Source of the DNA: Verrucomicrobiota bacterium
GTDB taxonomy: Bacteria > Verrucomicrobiota > Verrucomicrobiia > Limisphaerales > CANJXF01
Length of the DNA: 64,000 nucleotides
NCBI GenBank assembly: GCA_043775015.1
Contig: JAYVSV010000047.1
Span: forward strand, 335-64,334
Direction of reading: 5' to 3'
Part shown: piece by piece, positions 19,285 through 30,029 of the stretch
Layout of the letters: the number at the start of each line of letters is the position of its first letter
Position numbering within the stretch: position 1 is the first letter of the stretch
The notes under the pieces: generated by a model
What the model was told of the DNA's origin: nothing
The model's input: the letters and a program-made list of their open reading frames with translations, nothing else
The model's database searches: none
Made by a program: the position numbers and the translations under genes

Positions 19285-19578
19285 AACACGGTCATGGTAT
19301 CGTCGCCAGCGCCAGCCCTTGAATATCCAAATATCCTGCGTTGGTGCGTTGCGTATATTGATTCACATCATTCACGGTGTAGCAAGCTGAACGCAGTTTA
19401 GGAAAATTTTTGATACCATTTGTGGATTTCAACTGTTCTCTAAGTTCGGATTGCACTTGCCGAATAAGTTTTACCGCATCGTCCGCACCAACTTTTCCAA
19501 GTGATTTTGTGGCCTCATCAACACCAGCACCGTTCGCGATAAGTATTCGGACATTGTTTGTTTGGTTCAAAATAGCAC

Positions 19579-19869
19579 ATGATACCAAAATTGGTCTGCT
19601 GCCAAGCGAAGGTGAGTGGTGTGATATCTTTGAAGCCCGCTCCCGGCTGGGTCGACGCATTCGCCGTTTTCCACGGCGACGTCAGCACCATTTGTTTCGC
19701 AGACGGTCACGCCGAAGGCCACGCGTGGAAAGACAGCGCAGTGCTCAAGGCTGCCAGAGATTCCTCCGCCGGGATTGCCAGCTTTTTTTGGGCGGGTGGC
19801 AACGCTAACAATGCGGATTTCAGGTGGATTTATCAGCGTTACAAACATGGGAAATGGGCACCCCTTTGA
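19579..19869 (+). pseudogene. 5'-truncated remnant of an H-X9-DG prepilin-like gene (C-terminal ~90 aa only)
   Basis: PGWVDAFAVFHGDVSTICFADGHAEGHAWKD...NNADFRWIYQR aligns with the C-terminal parts of 2041..2859 and 49847..50707. A stop lies immediately upstream (19573). No pilin leader is present anywhere upstream. Confidence 0.6.
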
Positions 19870-20099
19870 TTCTGGAAGGTCGGTAGTCCACAAACCGTTG
19901 CGGAGTGCGCATGAATAAATTCATTATCCCAATTCTCCGTTGGGGAATATTCACCGCTTTGCTCAGCACGGCATGAAACTCGAAGTTCTTTTGGCAACGG
20001 ATTCCCCGATCTGTCCGGAGACGAATTAGCAGGCGGCCGTGGAGGTGTGCCGATTGGCAGATTCAATCAACCCCATGGTGCATCTTCTCATTACGCGCC

Positions 20100-21161
20100 T
20101 CACTTGATCTCCTGCATGGGGCGGTCGAAGATCCAAGCTAGGCCGCGTTCAATTCGTTCGGGGACGCGATCGCTATGTTTGCCGGTCGGTTCGTAGAAAG
20201 TGCAACGCGCCGGACGCTCACGAAGCACCTCATAAATTTTTCGCGCGCCCACATTTGCCTTGTAGGAGTCCAGTGTCGGACCTTCGACGTATATGGATTG
20301 CGTAGGAAGGAACGCGTTTCGTTTTTTCTGCACCATGGTTAGAGGGTCGTTCTCCATCCAACGTTGCCAGACTTTTTGCCGAAAATTTCCGTGGGCGTCG
20401 TAGAGCCATTCAAACTGTCCGCGATGCCACCACCCGCGCGGCACATAGGCGGCGGATAGGCCGAGCGCATATTTCAATGAGCCGTCTTGCGGTGGCGGGC
20501 CGTTGTAGTCCGGAGCTGCGATTTTTTTAACACCGGCGAGCGAGATGTTTGTGACGCCAGAGCGCTTCATCAAATGCAAATGGGACAATTTAAAATCCGA
20601 ATCGGGACTTAAAGCGACCACGCCGTCGAAAAGCTTCGGTCGAAACATACCCAAACGCAGCGCGCCGAATCCGCCGCTGGAATGGCCCGCGATGATGCGC
20701 TTGGTTTTGTTGGTCGTGATACCGTAACGCGATTCCACCCGCGACGTGATTTCGTCGCAGATGTAGTCCGCGTAGTTTCCTTGCGCGCGTGAATTGAGGT
20801 ACTGGCTGCCGCCCCAGCGATTCCGCCCGTCCACCACGACGAACAAAACGGGTGTGACTTCATCGGCCAGTTTTTGAGTGAACGCGTCCCACTTGTCCGC
20901 ATCCTTGATGAACCCCTCCGAACCGCCGCCGTAACCAGGCAAATAATAAACGACTGGCAACGGCGTGTTGCTGGAGTATTGCGTGGGTAGAAAAACGGCA
21001 ACCTGCCGCGTGTCGGGATCGCGCAACGGATTGCCTTGCAACGCGCGGCTGGAGAATTTCAAAACGTCCAGCCTTGCTTCGGCCTGAGCCGGGAACTGGA
21101 GCAGAACCAGGGCAGCAAGCAAAACCCAAGCCCGGGCGCGGACTCTCAAAATAAAAATCAT
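20100..21161 (-). CDS. Secreted alpha/beta-hydrolase, esterase D / putative-esterase family
   Basis: Has a signal peptide. LPVVYYLPGYGGG and nucleophile elbow IIAGHSSGGFGAL. Confidence 0.75.
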   Translation of the reverse strand: MIFILRVRARAWVLLAALVLLQFPAQAEARLDVLKFSSRALQGNPLRDPDTRQVAVFLPTQYSSNTPLPVVYYLPGYGGGSEGFIKDADKWDAFTQKLADEVTPVLFVVVDGRNRWGGSQYLNSRAQGNYADYICDEITSRVESRYGITTNKTKRIIAGHSSGGFGALRLGMFRPKLFDGVVALSPDSDFKLSHLHLMKRSGVTNISLAGVKKIAAPDYNGPPPQDGSLKYALGLSAAYVPRGWWHRGQFEWLYDAHGNFRQKVWQRWMENDPLTMVQKKRNAFLPTQSIYVEGPTLDSYKANVGARKIYEVLRERPARCTFYEPTGKHSDRVPERIERGLAWIFDRPMQEIK

Positions 21162-21362
21162 GCAACGATTTTAGAAAAACACTGCCGGATTGAAAGCACT
21201 TTGGCAGTCGCCGTGTAAAAGATTTGGGATCCATCAAAATCAAACACAACGGAACGATTCCGCCGTCGCCAATGGTCGGGATAAATCTGAGCGACCCCGA
21301 TGGGGTTTGGCAGTATCCCCAGACTGACTAACTAATTGAATGTTTCGACGTAGCCAGTTGAC

Positions 21363-21947
21363 TTAGTCAACCCGGCTGATCTTTAAATCGTTTTTCACCA
21401 CCTCGCCGGTGGTGGCGTGGACGAAAATTTCGCCGATGTCCACTGTGTCGGTTGGCTTGCGCAGTTTGGTGGCCCAGAAACGTACTTTCCAAACCGGCTC
21501 CCCAGACCAGCGATCCAATTTCAACTGCGTGGAGGTGAGGGTCAGGTTGTTGAGCAACGGCTCCTTTTTTGCGATGGAGATCGCCTTGTCGGAATCGATT
21601 TTCAATTTGTCTTTTGGAATCTCAGTGTTGTCGCTGGCGAATTCCAGGATGCGCGCGGGCCGTTTGACGGAAAGTTTTTTGCCAGCGCCGAATTTGACTT
21701 CTGCGGCCTTGGCCGTGGCATCCGGATCGTAGTAAACGATGTACCAAATATTCGGCACGAGACTGCCAACGGATTTCTCTGAACGAATTTGCACCACGCG
21801 ATCCCTGGCTTCCTCACCGACGTGGCGGTTGCCTTCCTTCACGAGAGCGAAAGCGGTGGCATTCGTTGGGGCATCGGCTTTGACTGGAACGCTGGAAAAA
21901 ATGGCACCTGCAACCAGTAGTAGGACGGATCGAACATTCAGTTTCAT
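21363..21947 (-). CDS. Secreted hypothetical protein with PepSY-like repeats
   Basis: Start chosen at MKLNVRSVLLLVAGAIFSSVPVKA (signal peptide). The C-terminal DKAISIAKKEPLL...VWKVRFW...IFVHATTGEVV resembles a PepSY-type fold pattern. Weak call. Confidence 0.45.
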   Translation of the reverse strand: MKLNVRSVLLLVAGAIFSSVPVKADAPTNATAFALVKEGNRHVGEEARDRVVQIRSEKSVGSLVPNIWYIVYYDPDATAKAAEVKFGAGKKLSVKRPARILEFASDNTEIPKDKLKIDSDKAISIAKKEPLLNNLTLTSTQLKLDRWSGEPVWKVRFWATKLRKPTDTVDIGEIFVHATTGEVVKNDLKISRVD

Positions 21948-22174
21948 AGAGTCGAATTTAACCGTTCTCGGACTGGATGGCAATGGCGCTTGAATTAATC
22001 CAGGCAGATCATCATCGAGGAATTGGTGGATGTGCGGAAATGTTGAAACTTCAAAGAGAAAGCCGTGAAAGACTTCGATGCGCCCGAAGCGAATCGGTGC
22101 CTCATGTTCGCTGTGGCGCGCTTCTTTTCTTTGCGAATGGGACTTCCTTGCTATGCTTCAACACAGTTCACCCG

Positions 22175-25144
22175 ATGAATCCTGTTTTTTATTTTGCGAT
22201 GTGGCTGGCACTGGTGCTCGTCGGGGCGAGCAGTGGAAACGCGGCGCCGATTGAAACCGGTTTGGTGTCGGACAATATTGTCAAAGGCCGTGACCACTGG
22301 GCGTTCAAGCCGCTGACTCACCCCTCGCTGCCAGCGACGCGGGATAAGGCTTGGGCGCGCAATGATGTGGATCGTTTCATCCTCGCGCGGTTGGAGCAGG
22401 AAAGCTTGCGGCCATCTCCGGAAACGGATCGCGTGACGTGGTTGCGCCGCGTTTATTTGGACGTCATCGGCCTGCCGCCATCACCTGAGCAAGTCGCGGC
22501 ATTTGTCAAAGACCACCGTCCCGATACACATGAGCGTGCGGTGGATGGCTTGTTAAGTTCGCCGCGCTACGGCGAACGCTGGGCGCAGCATTGGCTCGAT
22601 GTGGTGCGTTACGCCGACACAGATGGTTTTGAAGTGAACACCGAGCGGCCCAATGCCTGGCCGTATCGCGACTACGTCATCCGCGCGCTTAATGAAGACA
22701 TGCCCTACGACCGTTTCATCCGGGAGCAGCTTGCCGGCGACGTTTCGGGCGTGGATGCGGCAACGGGATTTATGGTCGCGGCGGCGGCTCTACTGCCAGG
22801 GCAGATCGGAGCGGACGATGTCTCCAAACGCCTCGCGCGCCAGGACTCGTTGAGCGAGATCGTGAGTTCCACGGGCCAGACATTTCTTGGGTTGAGCATC
22901 GGTTGCGCCCGCTGTCACGATCACAAGTTCGACCCCATTCCACAGCGCGATTACTATGCGATCCAGGCTTTCTTTGCCGGTGTCCAGTATGGCGAGCGCC
23001 CGCTTCGTTCGCCGGAGAACGATGCCCGGCGGAAGGAGATTGATGAACTAAAAGCGCGAGTGGTGGAGATTGACAAAAAGCTCGAACGGTTCGAGCCACT
23101 GGCGCAAGTGACTTCGCTGCCGCAGCGGGAAACCAATGCCCGGCTCAACGAAGAAGTCTTTGCGCCGCTGGAGGTGCGGTTTGTCCGCTTCACCATTCAC
23201 GATGCCAATTTGCATCCTACACTTGGCCTCATCGAACCATGCGTGGATGAGTTCGAGATTTTCACGGCAGACACCGAGTCGCGCAATGTCGCTTTGGCCA
23301 GGCTCGGCACAAAGGTCACCGCCTCCGGCAGTCGCACGTCGAACAGTCATCGGCTGGAGCACATCAACGACGGGCAATACGGCAACAGCCAGAGTTGGAT
23401 GTCGGATGAAGCGGGACGCGGTTGGGTGCTCTTTGAATTGCCGGAGAAAACGCGCATTGGAAAAATTGTCTGGGGGCGGGATCGCGAAGGTAAACTTACC
23501 GACCGGCTCGCCACGGCCTACACGCTGGAAGCGGGGCCTTCATTGGATGCGATGATGACGCTCGTTTTCGTCCCGCCGCCGCGCCCGGCCGTGAACCCGC
23601 GTCAGACGACGGATCGATTCGCTCCGGTGGTTGCGAAGCGGTTGCGGTTCAACATTTCCTCCTGCACCTCACTCCAGCCCTGTCTCGATGAGTTGGAAGT
23701 TTTTACCAGCGAACCAGAGTCGCGGAACATTGCACTCGCCAGTGCCGGAACGAAGGCGACCGCGTCGAGCACGTTGCCGGACTCGCCCATGCACCGGTTG
23801 GAGTACATCAACGATGGACAATACGGAAACGCACACAGTTGGATTCCCAATGAAGAAGGCCGCGGGTGGGTTGAATTGGAGTTTTCCCAACCGCAGAAAA
23901 TCGACCGCGTCGTTTGGGGGCGCGACCGCGAGGAAAAATTCGCGGATCGACTTCCGATCGACTACCGCATCGAAATCGCGGCTGCCTCGGGCACATGGCA
24001 CACCGTGGCCGGCTCGCAGGATAGGCGGAAATATGTGCCGGGCGACAAGAAGCCGGCACCTTTTTCCATGGCCGGACTCGACGCCGATGAGGCGAAGGAG
24101 GCCACGCGATTGCTGGCGGAAAAGAAGTCGTTGGCGAGCAAAATCACTTCGCTCTCGACCGGGCTGATGGTTTATGCGGGCAGCTTTTCCAAGCCTGACG
24201 AAATGCACATCCTACATCGGGGTGATCCTGAGCAGCCCAAGGAATTGGTCGCACCTGCGGTGCTCTCGACTTTGGGATCACTAACTTTGACGTCGGATGC
24301 AGCCGAGCAGGAGCGTCGTGTCGTGCTGGCATCGTGGATCGGCAGTCCGGAGAATCCACTCACCGCCCGTGTGATGGTAAACCGCATCTGGCAAGGGCAT
24401 TTTGGAATTGGTTTGGTTGAGACTGCCAGTGACTTTGGCCACACGGGTGGATTGCCTTCGCACCCTGCATTGCTCGACTGGTTGGCTGGCGAGTTCATTC
24501 GCTCCGGCTGGTCGATCAAACACATGCACCGCCTCATCTTGCTGTCCACGACGTTCCGTCAGTCCAGCCGAATCGACCGCGCGTCGCAGGCCATTGATGC
24601 TGACGCGCGGCTGCTGTGGCGCTTTCCGGCGCGTCGGCTGGAGGCGGAGACGATCCGCGATTCCATGCTGTTCGTGAATGGCCGGCTGGATTTGAAAATG
24701 GGCGGCCCGGGCTTCAATCTGTTTAGTTCACGCGGAGGATTGAATGGATTTCCTCCCGTCGAGTCTTTCAGCGGCGATGGTTTGCGACGCATGATTTACG
24801 CGCACAAGGTGCGAATGGAGCGCGATGCAGTTTTCGGCGTGTTTGATTGTCCCGACGCCGGTCAGAGCACTCCGCGCCGTCGTCCATCCACTTCACCGCT
24901 GCAGGCGCTGAACTTGTTCAACAGCCGCTTCACTATCGAGGAAGCTGAGGCCTTTGCGAATCGAGTGCAGACGGATGCTGGCGCGGACATGCGGAAGCAG
25001 TTAAGTCGCGCGTATCAATTGGCATTCGGTCGCGAGCCTGACTCCAACGAACTTCACGACGCCGAGCCGGTGGTGCGCGAGCACGGACTGCCGACGCTGT
25101 GCCGGGTGCTTTTTAACAGTAACGAATTTCTCTTCCTGCCATGA
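22175..25144 (+). CDS. DUF1549/DUF1553 (PSD1-type) protein with two inserted discoidin (F5/8 type C)-like modules
   Basis: Start at [21 protein letters not shown] (signal). DUF1549 block: [12 protein letters not shown]...[23 protein letters not shown]...[29 protein letters not shown]1553 block: [18 protein letters not shown]...[14 protein letters not shown]. Two similar ~125-aa modules lie in between. Confidence 0.85.
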   Translation: MNPVFYFAMWLALVLVGASSGNAAPIETGLVSDNIVKGRDHWAFKPLTHPSLPATRDKAWARNDVDRFILARLEQESLRPSPETDRVTWLRRVYLDVIGLPPSPEQVAAFVKDHRPDTHERAVDGLLSSPRYGERWAQHWLDVVRYADTDGFEVNTERPNAWPYRDYVIRALNEDMPYDRFIREQLAGDVSGVDAATGFMVAAAALLPGQIGADDVSKRLARQDSLSEIVSSTGQTFLGLSIGCARCHDHKFDPIPQRDYYAIQAFFAGVQYGERPLRSPENDARRKEIDELKARVVEIDKKLERFEPLAQVTSLPQRETNARLNEEVFAPLEVRFVRFTIHDANLHPTLGLIEPCVDEFEIFTADTESRNVALARLGTKVTASGSRTSNSHRLEHINDGQYGNSQSWMSDEAGRGWVLFELPEKTRIGKIVWGRDREGKLTDRLATAYTLEAGPSLDAMMTLVFVPPPRPAVNPRQTTDRFAPVVAKRLRFNISSCTSLQPCLDELEVFTSEPESRNIALASAGTKATASSTLPDSPMHRLEYINDGQYGNAHSWIPNEEGRGWVELEFSQPQKIDRVVWGRDREEKFADRLPIDYRIEIAAASGTWHTVAGSQDRRKYVPGDKKPAPFSMAGLDADEAKEATRLLAEKKSLASKITSLSTGLMVYAGSFSKPDEMHILHRGDPEQPKELVAPAVLSTLGSLTLTSDAAEQERRVVLASWIGSPENPLTARVMVNRIWQGHFGIGLVETASDFGHTGGLPSHPALLDWLAGEFIRSGWSIKHMHRLILLSTTFRQSSRIDRASQAIDADARLLWRFPARRLEAETIRDSMLFVNGRLDLKMGGPGFNLFSSRGGLNGFPPVESFSGDGLRRMIYAHKVRMERDAVFGVFDCPDAGQSTPRRRPSTSPLQALNLFNSRFTIEEAEAFANRVQTDAGADMRKQLSRAYQLAFGREPDSNELHDAEPVVREHGLPTLCRVLFNSNEFLFLP

Positions 25145-26634
25145 AGCCGCCGAAGCCACGAACGATCTCAAGTGCCGAGCACCTTTCCGCCACCGGTCAC
25201 CACTTGCTGGATCGGCGGCAATTTCTCTCCCGCACCGCCACCGGGTTGGGCGCGATTGCCCTCACCAGTCTGCTGGGTCGTGATGGGCTGCTCGCGGCGC
25301 AACGGCCAATCATCGACGCCACGCGGCCATACGCACCGCGACCGCCCCACTTTCCCGGCAAGGCACGCAATGTTATCGTCATCTTCTGCGCCGGCGCCGT
25401 CAGCCAACTTGAAACCTGGGACTACAAGCCTGAACTTATCAAACAGGATGGCAAACCCCTGGCGGGTGGCCCGCCCGTCACTTTTCAGGGGCCTGCCGGA
25501 AATCTCGCCCGACCACAGTATGAGTTCCGACCGCGCGGCCAGAGTGGAAAAATGATTTCCGAACTCGTTCCCCATCTGGCACAACTCGTGGACGAGGTGT
25601 CTTTCATCCACTCGCTGACCAGCAAAACCAACACCCATGGGCCGGGCGAGAATTTCCTTTCGACCGGCTTCGTGCCCGATGGTTTTCCCAGCATCGGAGC
25701 GTGGGTCAGCTATGCCCTCGGTAGCGAGAATCAAGACCTGCCCGCGTTCGTCTCGATCCCCGATCCACGCGGCGTTCCGCAGGCCAGCGTCAACAACTGG
25801 GGACCAGGTTTCCTCCCCGCAGAGTTCCAGGGCACACCCTTTACCGCCAAAGAGCCGCTGCGAAACCTCGCCCCTCCTGCAGGCATCCTGCCGGCCAATG
25901 ACCGCGCCGCCCGCTCGCTGTTGCAACGGGTGAATCAACGGCACCTCGAAAATCACCCCAACGATGGCAGCCTCGCCGCCCGTATCGCGAGTTACGAACT
26001 TGCCGCCCGCATGCAATTGAGCGTGCCAGAAATCAGCGACCTCTCCACCGAGCCTGCGCACATTCTTAAAAGTTACGGTGCAGATGACACCTCGAATCCG
26101 ATCAAGGTCGCCTTCGCCCGGAATTGCATTCTCGCCCGGCGATTGATCGAAAACGGAGTGAGATTCGTGCAGCTCTTCAATGGAGCCTACGCCAGCGGCG
26201 GCGAACTCAACTGGGACGGCCATAACAAGTTGAAAGAACAATACGACAAGCATGCGGACATCCTCGACCAACCCGCTGCCGCCCTTGTGCGCGACCTCCA
26301 GCAACGCGGTCTGCTTGAGGACACCCTCGTCGTCTGGTGCACGGAATTTGGCCGCATGCCCATGTTTCAAAAAGGCTCACAAGGTCGCGACCACAATCCC
26401 GATGGCTTCACCTGCTGGCTTGCCGGGGCCGGCGTGAAACGTGGTTTCAGCCACGGTGTCACCGACGAACTCGGACGCAAAGCCGTGGAAAACATTCTCT
26501 CGATCCACGACCTCAACGCCACCATCCTTCATCTCCTCGGCCTCAACCACGAAGCCCTGACCTTTGAGCACAACGGAACTCAACGCCGCCTCACAGATGT
26601 GCATGGATATGTGATAAAGGAGATTCTTACCTGA
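25141..26634 (+). CDS. DUF1501 domain protein (sulfatase-like fold) with Tat-type signal
   Basis: [17 protein letters not shown] twin-arginine leader. [20 protein letters not shown] and GRDHNP are typical of DUF1501. ATGA overlap with the upstream DUF1553 gene. Confidence 0.85.
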   Translation: MKPPKPRTISSAEHLSATGHHLLDRRQFLSRTATGLGAIALTSLLGRDGLLAAQRPIIDATRPYAPRPPHFPGKARNVIVIFCAGAVSQLETWDYKPELIKQDGKPLAGGPPVTFQGPAGNLARPQYEFRPRGQSGKMISELVPHLAQLVDEVSFIHSLTSKTNTHGPGENFLSTGFVPDGFPSIGAWVSYALGSENQDLPAFVSIPDPRGVPQASVNNWGPGFLPAEFQGTPFTAKEPLRNLAPPAGILPANDRAARSLLQRVNQRHLENHPNDGSLAARIASYELAARMQLSVPEISDLSTEPAHILKSYGADDTSNPIKVAFARNCILARRLIENGVRFVQLFNGAYASGGELNWDGHNKLKEQYDKHADILDQPAAALVRDLQQRGLLEDTLVVWCTEFGRMPMFQKGSQGRDHNPDGFTCWLAGAGVKRGFSHGVTDELGRKAVENILSIHDLNATILHLLGLNHEALTFEHNGTQRRLTDVHGYVIKEILT

Positions 26635-26779
26635 CGAATACCCCTGAATGATGGTGGCCAAATCATGAAGAAGAGAAACGTTGGTGGATGGATCTTCTGC
26701 CGCATGCTCCAACTTTCGGACGGCCGGATCAGGGTCGCGCTCGTTGACACTTTCTTTTTGCGCGTTTAGTTTTCGCGCC

Positions 26780-28069
26780 ATGTCACGACTGCCGTTTGAA
26801 GCATTCTTAGCCCTGCGTTATCTGCGACCCCGCCGAACCTTTGTTTCTGTCATCACGGTGATCTCAATTATCGGAGTGATGCTCGGCGTCGCGGTTTTGA
26901 TTGTGGTGATCAGCGTCATGAGCGGATTCGACCAGGAATGGCGCAACAAAATTCTTGGCTTCAACGCGCATTTGAAAATCACACAAGTGGATCTGAAGGG
27001 GCAGTATCTCCCACTCACCAATTTCACCGCGCTCGGAAAAATTGTCAGCTCCAATCAAAGCGTCACGGGGGTCGCCCCATTTATTACCGGGCAAGTGCTT
27101 CTGCAAACGCAGCCTGCGCAAGGCAATCCAAAATTTTTGGCGCCATTGCTGCGCGGAATTGATCCTGTGCTGGAGGCGAGCGTCAGCGTTCTGCCGAAAA
27201 GTGTCGTGACCGGCGAATTTGATTTGAGTGGAAACGGTTTGGTGATTGGTCGCGATTTTGCGCACGGGATGGATTTGCGAATTGGCGATCGCGTCGCGGT
27301 TTATTCGCCGAGCAGCATTCAGAAATTATACGAAACGCGGAAAAATCCAAATGCAGAGAAGCCGATGGCCGAAGAGTTTGTCATTCGTGGAATATTCGAC
27401 GTCGGCTACGGGGAATACAACGCGTCCATCGTGGCAACGTCGCTGGAGAAAGCGCAGGAGCTTTGGGAGTTTGATGAGAATTCGGTGCATGGCTTGCAAG
27501 TCATGCTGCGTGATCCGTTCCAGGTCGAAGTCGTGCGGAAAGAACTTCAAAACCGGCTTGGGCCGAATTTCAATCTTCTTACCTGGCCCGAGGAAAACCC
27601 GACGATTTTCAACGCGCTGGCCGTGGAGAAGAACATGATGTTTTTTCTATTGTTCTTCATCATGATCGTGGCCGGCTTCGGTATTGTGAATTGCCAGATT
27701 ACTTTCGTGGTGCAAAAAACGCGCGAGATCGGAATTCTCAAAGCGCTGGGCGCGAACAATCGCCAGGTGCTCTGGATTTTTCTGAGTCAGAGTGTGGTCG
27801 TCGGCGTCCTCGGAGTGGGACTTGGTTTTGGATTTGCAATGCTCGCCTTGAGTTACCGTAATGAATTTCTCGAGTTCATGAATCGAGCGGTGGGCTACGA
27901 GTTATTGCCTGCAGCCATTTATCAGATCGATAAACTGCCCGCCTCCATTCAAGCCGGCGATGTCAGTATTATTTGCGGAACCGCATTTATCACCTGCGTT
28001 TTGGCCGGACTTTTTCCGGCGTGGAAAGCGTCGAGAATGCAACCAGTGGAGGCGCTGCGCTATGAATAA
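26780..28069 (+). CDS. Lipoprotein-releasing system permease (LolC/E-type, FtsX/MacB family)
   Basis: MSRLPFEAFLALRYLRPRR...SVISIIGVMLGVAVLIVVISVMSGF, then a large periplasmic domain and a C-terminal FtsX block (ILKALGA...PAWKASRMQPVEALRYE). Confidence 0.85.
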   Translation: MSRLPFEAFLALRYLRPRRTFVSVITVISIIGVMLGVAVLIVVISVMSGFDQEWRNKILGFNAHLKITQVDLKGQYLPLTNFTALGKIVSSNQSVTGVAPFITGQVLLQTQPAQGNPKFLAPLLRGIDPVLEASVSVLPKSVVTGEFDLSGNGLVIGRDFAHGMDLRIGDRVAVYSPSSIQKLYETRKNPNAEKPMAEEFVIRGIFDVGYGEYNASIVATSLEKAQELWEFDENSVHGLQVMLRDPFQVEVVRKELQNRLGPNFNLLTWPEENPTIFNALAVEKNMMFFLLFFIMIVAGFGIVNCQITFVVQKTREIGILKALGANNRQVLWIFLSQSVVVGVLGVGLGFGFAMLALSYRNEFLEFMNRAVGYELLPAAIYQIDKLPASIQAGDVSIICGTAFITCVLAGLFPAWKASRMQPVEALRYE

Positions 28070-28784
28070 TTCCACCGAAAGCACTGTGAAATCGGAAATG
28101 CCCAATCCAAAACCGCTGCTCGAAACGCGTGACGTTCACAAAATTTACACGATGGGGAAACGTAAACTGGAAGTGCTGCGCGGCATCACGTTGTCGGTGA
28201 ACGCGGGAGATTTCGTCGCCTTGCGCGGCGCGTCGGGTGCGGGGAAAAGCACGCTGCTCCACTTGCTCGGCGGATTGGATTTGCCGAACAGTGGCGACGT
28301 TTTTTTTGCCGACAAAAATCTGGGGCGACTCTCTAATAACGCACTCACCCACTTGCGAAATACCCGTGTTGGCTTTGTATTTCAGGCGTATCACCTGTTG
28401 CCCGAACTCAGCGCGCTGGAAAACGTTTCACTCCCGGCACGAATGGCTCGCACGAACGCTGCTCAAGCAGTTGAGCGCGCCCGCGATTTGTTGAAACGCG
28501 TTGGACTGGGTGAGCGATTGGATCATCGACCGTATGAACTTTCCGGTGGAGAACAACAGCGTGTCGCCATCGCTCGGGCGCTGATCAACGAGCCGGATTT
28601 AATTTTGGCGGACGAACCGACGGGCAATCTGGATTCGCACACTGGCGGCGAAATCCTGGATCTCATTTGTTCGTTGCGAGTTGAACGGAACGCAACGCTG
28701 GTAATAGCGACCCATTCCGCTGGGCTCGCCGCCCGCGCGCCGCGTGTAATCGAATTGCTCGATGGAGAAATAAAAGTGAACTAA
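28062..28784 (+). CDS. lolD: Lipoprotein-releasing system ATP-binding protein LolD (ABC ATPase)
   Basis: Walker A GASGAGKST, signature LSGGEQQRVAIARAL, Walker B ILADEPTGNLD. 8-nt overlap with the permease gene. Confidence 0.88.
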   Translation: MNNSTESTVKSEMPNPKPLLETRDVHKIYTMGKRKLEVLRGITLSVNAGDFVALRGASGAGKSTLLHLLGGLDLPNSGDVFFADKNLGRLSNNALTHLRNTRVGFVFQAYHLLPELSALENVSLPARMARTNAAQAVERARDLLKRVGLGERLDHRPYELSGGEQQRVAIARALINEPDLILADEPTGNLDSHTGGEILDLICSLRVERNATLVIATHSAGLAARAPRVIELLDGEIKVN

Positions 28785-28864
28785 ACGCCAAGACGCAAAG
28801 GCCCAAAGCCTCGCAGGGAAAAATCTGTTGTTCTCTGCGTCGTTGCGTCTTGGCGCTAAAAAAC

Positions 28865-29449
28865 ATGAACGAAACTGATTGGGAACTGCGTTATCAAACC
28901 AAGGACATGCCGTGGGAAAAAGGCGAGCCTTCGCCGGGCTTGGTGCATTTTCTTGCGACCCATTCGGAAATAAAACGTGGAACAGTTTTGGTTCCCGGTT
29001 GTGGTACCGGACACGACGTTCGCTCTTGGGCGAAGGCGGGTTTCAACGCCACGGGGTATGACATCGCGCCCAGTGCCATTGCGCTTTCGAAAGAAAAAAC
29101 CGAAGCGGCGGGGCTGAACGCCACGTTTGTTCTCGGCAATTTTCTCGACGACCAGCCACCGCAACTTTTCGATTGGATTTTTGAACATACTCTTTTTTGC
29201 GCGATCAATCCGGCGCATCGCGAAAATTACGTTCAAGCTGTTCGCCGCTGGTTGAAACCCAATGGACATTATCTCGCCGTGAATTATTTGATTCCCGATA
29301 AAGAAGGACCGCCGTTCGGCACGACCTGTGAAGAACTTCTGGAAAGATTCTCACCACATTTCGATTTGTTGGAAGAATGGGTGCCCCGCTCGTATGAGAA
29401 TCGCACCGGATTGGAGCGCATGTATTGGTGGATGCGAAAACAGTCGTGA
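28865..29449 (+). CDS. SAM-dependent methyltransferase, thiopurine/thiol (TPMT-like) family
   Basis: WELRYQTKDMPWEKGEPSPGLVHFL followed by SAM motif I VLVPGCGTGHDV and GYDIAPSAI. Confidence 0.7.
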   Translation: MNETDWELRYQTKDMPWEKGEPSPGLVHFLATHSEIKRGTVLVPGCGTGHDVRSWAKAGFNATGYDIAPSAIALSKEKTEAAGLNATFVLGNFLDDQPPQLFDWIFEHTLFCAINPAHRENYVQAVRRWLKPNGHYLAVNYLIPDKEGPPFGTTCEELLERFSPHFDLLEEWVPRSYENRTGLERMYWWMRKQS

Positions 29450-29459
29450 AAATTGTGCG

Positions 29460-29750
29460 ATGAGCGAAGAAGAAACCAAGGCTGCCGGGCAGAATGGCAG
29501 CGAACCGCCAGTTCCCATTTCCAAAGCGGTTTTGTACTTGGTCTTGTCAATTTTGTGGGCGTTCCCGTCCATCGGAGCTTGCTGGTTGATCGGCTCGGAT
29601 GTTCTGAAGTGGTTTTCCGCAAAAAGTTTTGTTGCCGCGCTGGCCTCTGTAAAGTTTGAGCAATGGATAGCCCTTGCGCTGCTTGGTTTGCATCTCTTTT
29701 TTGTTGTTCTCGCATTCCGTTTTCGATCTCGTGATCGAAGGAATATTTGA
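29460..29750 (+). CDS. Small membrane protein, hypothetical
   Basis: The internal ATG gives 96 aa with two hydrophobic helices (AVLYLVLSILWAFPSIGACWLIG; WIALALLGLHLFFVVLAF). No homology recognised. Confidence 0.4.
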   Translation: MSEEETKAAGQNGSEPPVPISKAVLYLVLSILWAFPSIGACWLIGSDVLKWFSAKSFVAALASVKFEQWIALALLGLHLFFVVLAFRFRSRDRRNI

Positions 29751-29779
29751 CTTCGCGCCGGAGTTTCGGAAGCTAAGTC

Positions 29780-30025
29780 ATGCCGTTTTACGAGTATGAG
29801 TTGTGCGAGGGATCCTGCGTGGTCTGCAAAGGGAAATTCACCTTGCGCCGCCCCGCGAGCGCGCCGGAATTGACCCAATGTCCGGCTTGCAAAAAGCCCG
29901 TGCGCAAAATTCTTTCGACCTTCAACTCGCCCATAAAACTGAAGCCACTTTCCGTTTCCGATGCCAAGAAAGCCGGGTTCACCGTTTTGAAACGCGTGAA
30001 CAAAGGCGAATACGAGAAGCAATAG
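29780..30025 (+). CDS. FmdB-family zinc-ribbon protein
   Basis: MPFYEYELCEGSCVVCKGKF...CPACKKPVRKILS. The MPxYEY start plus two CxxC pairs is characteristic of the FmdB putative-regulator family. Confidence 0.8.
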   Translation: MPFYEYELCEGSCVVCKGKFTLRRPASAPELTQCPACKKPVRKILSTFNSPIKLKPLSVSDAKKAGFTVLKRVNKGEYEKQ

Positions 30026-30029
30026 AGCT

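Noticed and set aside
19292-19660. 122-aa minus-strand ORF upstream of the GMC oxidoreductase
   Set aside because: Its only ATG lies inside the overlap with the H-X9-DG remnant and it has no recognisable motif. It is kept as a note in the gene-decay finding rather than as a feature.
21977-22174. N-terminal extensions in the ORF track (also 30083..30163, 35459..35719, 38095..38244, 53247..53357, 62105..62206, 26681..26779, 27960..28061)
   Set aside because: Each extension precedes an internal start that gives a proper signal peptide or a conserved N-terminus. The extensions also overlap upstream genes, hairpins or divergent promoters, so the internal starts were preferred.
25168-26370. 400-aa ORF on the minus strand
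   Set aside because: It lies entirely antisense to the well-supported DUF1501 gene. Its composition is Arg/Gly/Ala-rich with no motifs, which is typical of a shadow ORF.
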